Part shown: positions 23,801 to 35,800 of the stretch, in pieces
How the letters are laid out: every line of letters begins with the position of its first letter
Numbering within the stretch: the first letter of the stretch is position 1
Assembly (NCBI RefSeq): GCF_040938485.1
Contig: NW_027272284.1
Span: 744,001-808,000, forward strand
Length of the DNA stretch: 64,000 nucleotides
Reading direction: 5' to 3'
From: Diadema antillarum
Taxonomy: Eukaryota
Program-made: the position numbers and the translations under genes
Notes under the pieces: generated by a model
What the model was told of the DNA's origin: nothing
Seen by the model: only the letters and a program-made list of their open reading frames with translations
The model's database searches: none

Positions 23801-26800
23801 GTATGGTTGGATGTTTTGTGATACAACTGACATACACATTTGCACCAAAAGTGATATCCTGAACATTTTTAAAATCATGATCATCAAATAGATACAGTAA
23901 AATGTGATATATAATTTTTGTTTACTATATCCCTTTTTTCAATTAGATATAATTGCATTTCTTCAATTTCACAAGCTCTGAATCTTTGATCTAACAGTAC
24001 CATAATACAAAGTGCCTACATTTTTTTCCTTTTTTTTTCCACTCTTTTTTAGTGGCCTAAATCACTTAGCGATAATGGTATATACTATAGTTAACGCATC
24101 ATGGTGTGATAGAAAATTATTTTCTGGCACGGGGTATATCCCTTTCTCATTTTCGCATGAGTGACATAGCTCGTATCCCCCTCCTGTATTGAGAGTAGAG
24201 AGTGCCCCTCCCCCAACTGATACTTCATAAGTGATATCCAGAGTGCGTGACTACACGAGTGACGAGGTTCGTATCCCGCCCGTATTGAAAGTAGGGTGTG
24301 CAGGATTACGCGGGAACTTCAAAGCTGATTACCCCTCCTGTATCGAGAGAAGGGGCGCGGGAAAACGCGGGAGCAACAAAGGTCGTAATCAACTTGCCTG
24401 TATTGTGATTACAAAATGCGGGAGCACGCGGGAGCTTCAAGGGTCATTACCCGTTCCCTCCCTTATTGAGAGTTAAACAGGGAGAGCGGGACTACACGGG
24501 AGCTACTACCTTTCTTCTCATTTACATGACCACTTTCAGTGTTAATGCCTTCACAGACCACAGGCAATTATTGAAATTATATAATAGGCATGCTTTATTT
24601 TCACTTACCTTTCTCCTCACTTTCACGAAGAGTTTGTCGGTATATCATTATCCTCACTTCCTTGACAGAATGCTTGCCCTTCCCATAAGGTCTTGGTTCA
24701 CATGTCCATCGACAAGCTCCGGATCTTAAATTTATATGTTAAAATTTAATATCTGATGAACGCTATTAACGAAAGCTTACCTCTCTGCCACGACACGGAG
24801 TGATCATGCATTTCTTCATCTGGCGGCAAAATATTACATACGGTGAATATCCAAATGATGGTTGTACACCCGGAAACTTGAGTCGTAACGTGGCAAGCAA
24901 AATCCTCGACGTTGTTGCAATATCAAGTGTATATTGTAGATTTCATTGACATCCAATGAAGTGAAAAGGGAAAACTTGTCACATAGTTTCATAACCTTAC
25001 TAAGTTAGTGTTCATCACACGCAGACGAAGAAAAATTTGTCAAGGCAAACCTATGGTTTCACTATGCGTTCACTTTTTGAATTGTATTCAAATAATCTAT
25101 TCTGTACTATCCTTAATCTGATCAATCTTGCTGCTCTTCTCTGCGTCTTCTAGTATCATCGTAACTTCGTTTCTTTCAATGTCCTTTCCGATAGGCGATA
25201 AGGCAACTGTCTTCTCTATATTTCCTCTGAGCACCAAATGGTTTCATCAGTCAAAAGAAAAGAAAAAGAGGAAGACAAACAGCGAGGAGCTCGATATGCA
25301 ATTTATATACATTCTTCGTAGAATATTCATGTTTTGGCAGGATATTGGTCCTGGCAATCACTATAATGTCTATTTCATGTATTTATGAACTGTGCATTCT
25401 TTTCTTCAAACCCACCAGTTATCAAACTCATTTTCTTTACTGGAGTAACAGTAACAGTAACAGTAATGTCGCATCCTCCCCTTGTTAAGACAGGATACAG
25501 AGGGGCAATTTCAAAGTTCGCACTCTCTATTCAATGGAGTGCTCTTCTGCGGTAAACGCGGGAGCACAACACTGATCTCAGACTCCTTTCATGATGTTCA
25601 GAGGATGTTAAAGGAATACGCGGAAAGTGCTACCAGCTCCACAATACTTTGGGTGCTGAGGATTACGCGGAAGACACAAAAGCTTGCACGTACCCCTTCC
25701 ATATTCCTTGGAGCGAACGCGGGAATCGCGGGAGCTACAAATCTCGACTCCTCCCGCGTTCACAGGAGGTTCTGAGCAAATACAAGCATACACAAATCCA
25801 TTCCAGAATTGTATTTTCTGTTACATTTAGTACTATCCATGGCCACATTTTTTCGGGATTGTGGTACCGGGAATTTTATATTGTACTTCTTCCCATCCAC
25901 AAGCTTTGGTTCTACTAATCATTTTTTTTTTCCGGAAACTTTTTTTTTTTTTTTAATAGTATACATGTAATATGGCAAACCTGTAAATCCATCAACAGAT
26001 TACAAGTAGTTTTTGATTTGTTCTGCATTTTGATATACAGTAGTTACAAAAATCCATGGGAAGAGGGAAACTTGTCAAATGCATATAGTATTCAGCATTC
26101 ACCTTAAACAAACAAATGCGTTCATCTTTCGAACCTTATACTCACATCTTTACAACTGGTCAGTCTTTTTCTGTTCTTCTTCTTCTTCTTCTTCTTCTTC
26201 TTCTTCTTCTTCTTCTATACTGTCATTCGTATCATCACAACAACCTTGTTGATAACCTCTGTAATTTTCTTTTAGACAAGCAGCAAACTGTCTTTCGCTA
26301 TCTTTCCTCTGCATGAGCACCACGTGTTTTCATTATTCAAGAGAAAAAATCACAAGCGTTGCACTCTTAATCAATACTTTCTTGACAGAGTATTTGTTAT
26401 GGCCGATTTTGGTCCGGGTCATCAGTAATGAACATGGGAACCATTTTTCAAACTCACCAACTTAAGATCTATAGACATGAAGCAGAGAGGCGGAACTGCT
26501 TGAATTAATGAACTATAAACTATGGGTATATACGGTTATATTTACTTGAGAAACTTTAGTATAATATAGCAACGACTGTAGACATGCATATCAGCATCAA
26601 AGTAGGTCTATTTTCTATTATTTCTGGAGTTAAATAATCTCGCATCTTGTATACTTGTTAAGACTATTATATTATACAGAAGAGGAGGGATTACGGGGTA
26701 ATTTCAAAGTTCGCGCTCTCTATTCAGTGAAGTGCGGTAAACGCGGGAGCACTAATCTTTTATCCCTCTCGTGATGCTCAGAGGAAGCTGAGGGAATACG

Positions 26801-29800
26801 CGGGAGGTACAAAAGCTTGCATGCCTTCCGTGTTCACTGGAGCGTACGCGGGAATCGCGGGAGCTACAAAGTTTAATCTCGACTCCTCCCGTGTTCACAG
26901 GAGGTTCAGCGTGAATGCAAGCTTACACAAATCCATTCCAGAACATACTTTTTTTTTGTTTTGTTACATAGGTCCTGCATGGCCACATTTTTCGGGATTG
27001 TCGTACCAGAAATGTTATACTGTACTTCTTCAAATCCACAAGCTCCGGTTCTTAATAAAATAATAAATAATCAAATATGAAATTTTATACAATGTATATA
27101 TACATTTTTCGGAAACGTTGTATATAGTAATAAAAGATGGCAAATTAATCCCTCGAAACATCACAAGTCTTTGTTTTTATCTTTTAGTTTGATAACAGTA
27201 GTAACAAAAATCCATGGTTAGAGGGAAACTTATCAAATCACTCAGCAATATTATTCAGCGTTCACCCAATAAACAAACAAAATAGCATGCGTTCACCTTT
27301 TGAACTGTATATACTCACATATTTACACCCGTTATCTAATCAAATCTTTCTCTGTTCTCTTCTTCTACTTGTTACTGTCATTATTAGTATTATCATAACA
27401 ACTTTGTTATCCTCTATAATTTTCTTTTGGACAAGCAACAAACTAACTGTCTTTCTCTATCTTTCCTCTGCATAAGCACCACGTGTTTTCATTATTCGAG
27501 AGAAAAATAATCACAAGCGTTGCACTTAACCAATACTAGTCTTTCTTGACAGAGATTTGTTATGGCCGATTTTGGACCGGGTCATCAGTATAATGAACAT
27601 GGGAACCATTTTCTTCAAACTCACCAGCTTGAGATCTTACAGACATGAAGTATTGGGAGGCGGAACAATTAGAATTAACGCATATTTATTTGAGAAACTT
27701 CAGTATATTATAGCAACGACTGAATACCAGTCTTGCATAATCAGCAGCAAAGTAGCCAGTATAGGCCTATTTTCTTTTATTTCTGGAGTTAAACTTAATA
27801 ATCTCGCATCTTTTACTTGTGAAGACTATTATACAGAAGAGGAGGGATTACGGGGTAATTTCAAAGTTCGCGCTCTCTATTCAGTGGAAAGCGCTTCTGC
27901 GGTAAACGCGGGAGCACTTATCTCTCACCCCTCTCGTGACGCTCAAAGGAAGTTTAAGGAATGCACGTACGGGAGGTACAAAGATTGCATCCCTTCCGTG
28001 TTCATTGGAGCGTACGCGGGAATCGCGGGAGCTACAAATCTCGACTCCTCCCGCGTTCACAGCAGGTTCAGCGTGAATACAAAGTTACACAAATCCATTC
28101 CAGAATATTATTTATTTATTTATTTTTTTTAACACTGGTCCTGCTTGACCACAATTTTCAGGATTGTCGTACCGGAAATTTTATACTGTACTTCTTCAAA
28201 TCCACCAGCTCTGGTTCATAATCAAATATTATACAATTTTTTTTTTCCGTACACGTTTTTTCTTCTAGTAATATCAGATGGCAAATAAATCCCTAAAAAC
28301 ATTACAAGTCCTTATATTATTCATTTTCATAACAGCAGTAACAAAAATCCATGGTAAGAGGGAAATTTATCAAATCATTAGAGTATTCTGCATTCACCTT
28401 AAAAACAAGCAAAATTTAATGCGTTCACCTTTCGTACTGTACTCACATATAAATACACCCATCATCTTACCAATCTGTTTCTGTTCTTCGTCTTCTACTT
28501 ATTACTGTCATTATTACTACTATCATAATAACTTTGTTACTATAACCTCTATAATTTTCTTTTAGACAAGCAACAAACTGGTATAACTGTCTTTATCTAT
28601 CTGTCCTCTGCATGAGCACCAAGTGTTTTCATTATTTAAAGAAACAAATATCAAAATCACAAGCGTTGCCCTCTACTTTCTTGACAAAGTATTTGTTATG
28701 GCCAATTTTGCTCAGGGCCATCACTAGGTAGTAATGAACTTGGAACCATTTTCTTCAAACCCGCACCAGCTAGAGATCTTAGACTTGAAGCAGGGAGGCG
28801 GAATTGCTTGAATTAACGCACTATCAATCTATGGGTACGGTTATAAATTATTTGAGAAACTTAAGTATACTATATAGCAACGACTGCATATACTATAGAC
28901 ATGCATATCAGCATCAAAGTAGGCCTATTTTCTATAGTTGAGTTACAATAGTCTCGCATCCTTCACTTGTTAACTCTATACCAGAGGAGGGATTACGGGG
29001 TAATTTCAAAGTTCGCACTCTCTATTCAGTGGAGTGCGCTTCTGCGGTAAACGCGGGAGCACTAATCTCTCACCCCTCTCGTGATGCTCAGAGGAAGTTG
29101 AGGGAATACGCGGGAGGTACAAAAGCTTGCACCCCTTCCGTGTGCATTGGAGCGTACGCGGGAATCGCGGGAGCTACAAATCTCGACTCCTCCCGCGTTC
29201 ACAGCAGGTTCAGCGTGAATACAACCTTACACAAATCCATTCCAGAATATTTTTTTTTTTTTTTTAATTTTTAACACTGGTCCTCCTTGGCCACAATTTT
29301 CAGGATTGTCGTATCGGAAATTTTATACTGTACTTCTTCAAATCCACAAGCTCTGGTTCATAATCAAATATTATGCAATTTTGTTTTCCGTACACGTTTT
29401 TTCTTCTGGTAATATCAGATGGCAAATAAATCCCTAAAACATTACAAGTCCTTGTATTATTCATTTTGATAACAGCAGTAACAAAAATCCATGGTAAGAG
29501 GGAAATTTATCAAATCATTAGAGTATTCAGCATTCACCTTAAAAACAAACAGATGAATTCATCTTTCGTACTGGACTCACATATAAATACACCAATCATC
29601 TATTCTTATCAATTTTTTTGTGTTCTTCGTCTTCTATACTTATTACTGTCATTATTACTACTATCATAATAACTCTGTTACTATAACCTCTATAATTTTC
29701 TTTTAGACAAGCAACAAACTGGTATAACTGTCTTTATCTATCTGTCCTCTACATGAGCACCAAGCGTTTTCATTATTTAAAGAAAGAAATATCAAAATCA

Positions 29801-32800
29801 CAAGCGTTGCCCTCTACTTTCTTGACAAAGTATTTGTTATGGCCAATTTTGCTCAGGGCCATCACTATATAGGTATAGTAATGAACTTGGAACCATTTTC
29901 TTCAAATCCGCACCAGCTAGAGATCTTAGACTTGAAGCAGGGAGGCGGAATTGCTTGAATTAACGCACTATATAATCTATGGGTATGGTTATATTTGAGA
30001 AACTTAAGTATACTATAGCAACGACTGTACTAGACATGCATATCAGCATCAAAGTAGGCCTATTTTCTATTATTTATTGAGTTACAATAATCTCGCATCC
30101 TTCCCTTACTCTATACCAGAGGAGGGATTACGGGGTAATTAAGTTTGCGCTCTCTTTTCAGTTGATGTGAAAGCGCTTAACTGCGGTAAACGCGGGAGCA
30201 CTAATCTCTCACCCCTTCGTGATGTTCAGAGGAAGTTGAGGGAATACGCGGGAGGTACAAAAGCTTGCATGCCTTCCGTGTTCATTGGAGCGAACGCGGG
30301 AATCGCGGGAGCTACAAATTTCAACTCCCCTGCGTGTTCACGGGAAGTTCTGAGCGAATACACTAGTCAGGAGGTAAAATCGAAATTTGTCAAATCATTA
30401 TGAAGATGAGAGTTCACAAATGCGTTTATTTTTCGAATCGTATTACATCGTCTGTGTCTACTCTTTGCCTCCTCTTGTAATCATAATTTTTATTGTCTCC
30501 TCTCATTTTGCAAGGGGTCTGTGCCGTCCATTTACTCACTTCACAAAAGCTAATTCCAATAATCATTTATGTCATTATTATCATGACATCATAATTTTCT
30601 TTTAGCTCTATAATTTCCTTACGGATATTTCTAAGCGATACGACAGTTGTTTTCTAGCTCTATTTTTCGTATGAGCACGGTATGGTTCCTAGCTTTTCAT
30701 ATAACTTAAGCAAATTTAATAAACAAAATTGTCGATCGCGCGTGCCAGCTGTTGTGATCGCATTTTTCTCGACAGGTTGTGAGTATCAATGACATTTCGG
30801 GGAATACACGTTCTTTGGGGGCTACACGTGTTTTCATATGGTTCTCTGCTAAACTTAATTCTCTGACGTTCGTGGCATAAAGTTACGGCAAATATATAGG
30901 CCATAAGTAAAGCAAACAAATGGAAATTTTAAAAAAAAATCTTTCTCGTACGGTACGTTGCCTTACGCTGTGACAGGGAACAGCTGATAACCATGATACG
31001 AACTAGCACAGGCTTATTAATAGCTCATGCGGTACCAGAAACACATGGAAGGCAATATTATTTATTTATTTATTTATCATTATTATTATCATTATTATTA
31101 TTATTATTATTTTTGGTACTGCCAACCAATCGACTCGGCGGTCATACAGCACGGTCGGAGAACTAGATGTGAGACACAGGTGCGTCAGTTACCAGTGGGC
31201 CTACAAACTGTACTTTACGTACCTACAGGAATACTGTACTACTATAGCAAAAAACACATCGTGCTGTTTTCATGGGACTGGAAATAAATTCAACGTTCTG
31301 CATAAACTGTCGTGTTGCATTGATTCTTGCCGTTCGATGCCTCCTCGGGACTCGCTCGAAATGAGAAGGTAACGATATTATACCGTTGTGTTGCGTTCGT
31401 GGTCCAATGCGAATGTCTTCTAGTCTTTAATGATATGTAGCATAAATTTTACTTGGGTTTTGCTGGGATTAATTCCACATTTGTTTTTCAATGTACAAGT
31501 TTTGTACTGTGATTACGCCACTCGTAACACATACAGTGCACATTGCGTCGTCAGGAACAGCACGACAAGCACAACGTTGAATCGCGCGCTGCTAGCTGTG
31601 CTGTGCACAGTGTGCATGCATGCTGCAATCGCGATCGTACAACTCGCACTCGCTCGTGTGGGCGGGAGTTCCCTGTACTGTGTGCGGTATTGTCGCGATT
31701 TTTGGCGCCGCACACATCGTCCACGGACTTGCGAAAATTCTGCATGACAGAGCGCGGGAGTACGCGGGAGGACGCGGGCATACGCGGTAATCGCGGGAGT
31801 GACACGGACCCCCACAGGTTACCGCGAGCGGGACTGTAAATTGTTGATAATTATCATTTAAATATTTTGTAGGTTTTCTCGTAAAACGGGAGTCTTGCCA
31901 AACATTTGTCAATGGAATCCTCCATCCGACGTAATTTTGTTTTCCATTGTAATGTGATAAGTATGGATAGGAAATGAGACAAGATTGCCTACTTGCCTGC
32001 AGAAAGGAAATGCCTTTGATAAGATTAGTTTCAGAATTACATTTCTCTGTGGTTCAGTGTGTTTGCAATGCTCATATTGCAGAACTGCCCCGTTAGAGCG
32101 GATTAAAAATGATAGCCCTTCTTACTAGTCTTCTCAGTTTCAGCTCCTGTCTGTTAGTTTTTATGGAAGTTTTGATACCAGCACAGCTTGAATGACAAAT
32201 TTTAAATCCAACTCCCTCTTATTTTAGTATCTCAGTGAAAGGTTAACTCTAACTGTATATTGGACTTGTGTAGTGCATCATGTATATTCTGTGTTCAGTA
32301 GTCATTATCAGGTAGATACTTGTGAAATGACCCAAATTTAGACTGTACCTTACGTTGTACGGTGTATTTGTACATGTATACATGTAAAATCTGACCACAA
32401 ATCTTGATATGATCAGGAGACGTGCCAGATGAGTTCAAGCTATGTTGAGCCTTCATGTTATTGTATACAAAATCTTTGTGAGGCAATCATTCTAAAATAT
32501 GAGAAGTTACTTAAATTATGTTTGAACTAAAATAACTATTTTGTTATTTGGTATCATTGACATTTATATACATGAAGAGGTTATCCCTGTCAAAAACATG
32601 AAAATATTTTCAGCCTGTGGGCACGCACAAAGAAAGCTCCATTATCATGTGATCATGGTATATCTGTGTGGCTACTATTATTTTAGCAAACTATGTAGTT
32701 CTTCCATTGTTAGGTTTGAGGAGCAAATTTTGGTGTACCTGTAAAACCACAGGTCAGCTAACTTTACAGAATAACAGGAAATCTCAGGAACGATGTGATG

Positions 32801-35800
32801 CATGTTTTCACGAAGGGACATTTGTTTGTTCTAGGTGAAGTGCAGACACCAAACACTAGGGGAACATCAGTGCTACTGACATGGTAGAGCGAAAATAGGT
32901 TTAGGAACAAGACATTCTGTTGATTAAAAGGGGAATGAACCCCAAGTATGTTACAGCTGTATAAGTGTATAATATTATGTTGATTTATTGAATGCAGAAT
33001 TATTCATAGAACACTTCAGTGAAGTTTGATGAAAATCAGACAATCCTCTTGAAAGTTATAACTTTTTTACGTTTCGGTCCGAGGCTGGATATTAACGAAA
33101 ACTATGACAATCTTTGATATTGCAGTTGGACAACGATATAATGAAAGTACTAAAGAGAATTTACCATCTTCATTCTTCTAGCATGTATTGAAAGAGTACT
33201 TGGCTTATACATTGTACCTCTTTCAGGAGGCAAGATAATATTATTTTACCTCAAACTTTACTGATATTTTCTACCAATATTTCTGCATGCACTCAATCTA
33301 CATCCAATTTTTATGTTCCATTCTACTTGAAAAATCACCATAGTTGAAAAGGTCTTATCATAATTTACTTAGCTTAACCAGTCATTTCCCCCAAACCATA
33401 TTTATGTTGTTTGTTGCTGCATTCTTTTGTTATGACTTTTGGTGTAAATTGGTGTAAATTGTTGGTGTTTCGTGAGGAAGAGTAACAAATTTTCTTTCAT
33501 TTGACCCCTGTGTTAATCGTGTAGAATTCTCTTTTTTCTTTTTTCCCCTTCAGAATATTCAGAAGCCTAAACATGCATCTGCTGAATTTGTGACTGACTT
33601 CTCTAAGTAATTGATAACACATTTTGAAGATTGATTTCCTGTTTCTGTTCCAAGTTGGCGTTAATAAAAATGATTTTTTCAAAGTTTGTGCAGATTTCAC
33701 AACTTTAACTATTAAATGCCAGATAATATTTCATCAGTATAAGATATGCAGTGAATATAGGTGCTAATCTAATAATGGTAAAATCATCATTCCTGCAGCA
33801 AATATCCCTTGGGACTTGATGAGGGTTATAGAGCCAATAATAACATCAGGCTGGGTAGAGAGACAGTGAAAGTTTAGATTTGTTATTCGCTGAATACTAA
33901 ATGTGATATGTTTTTGTAATCTACGTCCTATCCAGGAATACTTTCAAGCTATCGGAGGATACAGCAGTCATCATGGAAGACAGACAAGAAGGAACCTACT
34001 CCTATGTAAGTCTCATTTTGGATTCTAATGTCGTCAGCTGAGAACCAGAAGGGCGCTATCATGTTCTAAGATTTGAGTGTGAATAAAAGTGAAACAATCA
34101 ATTTTTATGAAATAAAAAGTTTATTTTTAATCAAGAGTGGGTGGATCAATATGCATTGTTCTGAATATGGGGCAAAATAGCACCCTTGTGGTTTTGATTT
34201 TTAACATTTTACTGAAAATGAAAATAATTAGAATTGACACCATAACATCGAGGAGATTGAGCTCTACAACATGATACCAATAACTGAATACCCCCCAAAA
34301 GTGCAGTAAAAGCCCTTCTGGTTCTCAGCTGACGATATATGGTAGAAGATGGTTTAATAGAAAGTTTATGTGGAATACACGTTATGTATTTAGCAGAGGG
34401 GATATTTTCCACTTGACAGAACTTTTATGGAATCATGACATGTGAATAAGTCTGAACACGTGAGATGTTTTTATATAGGGAAATAGTCTCAACCACAAAA
34501 TTGTAAACAAGTGAAGTTTGCTGAAATAAGTCCTGTGTGAAAAGTTATATCATGTGAAAGATTCTACTTTTACAAATCTGTTCTTTTAATAGTTTAATAG
34601 GTCATAGTGACTGTAAGCCTTGAAGGAGACTAGTCTTAAGACCTGGTATTGTGGGGAAACATGGGTGGTTGGATTGCATCGGTCTTACAATGTAATTAGT
34701 TGCCAAGAGGGGTACATTCGGAATCGCGAATAGCGGCCGTCAGCGGATGCGTGCAAGGAAGCGTATGAAAAGCTCATTGATAATGGTCAATTCCGGTCAA
34801 GATTATTTGGCTAGGTGTGTGTACATTCATAGAATTCAGTAATGAAGCTTTTTGTAGACAATTTGTTATGGTTGCTCTTGAATGCATCCAAGCAGGGCCA
34901 GCTTTACCACTCAGTGGTATCCCCACACTACTTGGTCTAAAACAAGAAGACAGTCAAAGTTGGACAAAAAGAAAGAAGGCTTACAGAATTCTTTAATGTA
35001 ATATTACAATGCATGGACAGGCTAAAGGGATTCTTCATTATGCAACGCTCAGTGATTCCCAACCCAATTAAAGGACGTGCAGCTATTCCTGCATGCAGTG
35101 ACCAGCACAGCTCTGGGATTTAACAATTTCTGAGAAGATTCTTAGCCTTCTCACTCCATTAATCTAGGGGCAATCTAGGGTGAATCAATGCCAGCCTGCT
35201 GGTATCGGGAAAATGGTCTTCAAAGAAAAAGATGCTGATCTACATGTGTACATTCTTAACTTCATGAAAATGTACAAACGAAGGGCCATGTAAATTGTAA
35301 TGTATTGCACAGAAAGGGTAGTTGATTTGCTCTAGATTGTGGTGTTATCGTTTTCAATTTTCTCTGAAATGAATTCTCTGTAGAGTTGCCATGTTTGAAG
35401 CCACAGTATATTGTAGGTGCAGATGCTGAGACATGTACATCATATCACTCATAAACCTGATGAACACTCCATGTATGCCCTTGTTCAAGTGAACAGATAC
35501 CTAAATGATGAAATTACTAAACTACAAACGGACTACTTCTAGGTTAATTAATTTCTTGGAAAGCAATCATCAATTGTCAAGACGTAGTACATTGCACTTT
35601 CTGGAAGCTTCTGTAATAGTCAAAGTGTCATAGAATGGTGAGGTGTAAATTGATTGCTCTTACCAAAACAAAATTCCTGTCATCCTGAACTGACAGCAAA
35701 AGTGATAAAAGTTTCAGTTTTCATTCATAAATGATATTTCTGGCTCATTGAGTCCCTTCATACCTTTAGCACTATTGTTACTGGTAGGCCTACTAGTCAT

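Larger units (their letters stand above)
21031..31836. mobile_element. 10.8-kb non-autonomous TIR element (TA-flanked, CAGT...ACTG termini; Tc1/mariner-pogo-like ends) filled with hierarchical tandem repeats
   Basis: Left: TA|CAGTAGCGCTCACGGTAACCTGTG-TCACTCCCGCG. Right (reverse complement): TA|CAGTCCCGCTCGCGGTAACCTGTG(GGGGTCCGTG)TCACTCCCGCG. The first 24 bp match at 21 positions; TA lies at 21029-30 and 31837-38; no transposase ORF is visible. Confidence 0.8.

Noticed and set aside
27557-28132. 191-aa ORF and similar ORFs ([26 protein letters not shown]...) recurring at 22678, 25649, 26821, 27961, 29029 and 30167
   Set aside because: They are translations of the tandem unit. Starts, stops and frames differ between copies, there are no consistent splice signals, and I recognise no domain.
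21885-30350. CRISPR-like or other repeat-spacer guide array
   Set aside because: The segments between the constant cores are homologous to each other and reused rather than unique spacers, the context is a eukaryotic intron, and no effector ORF is adjacent.
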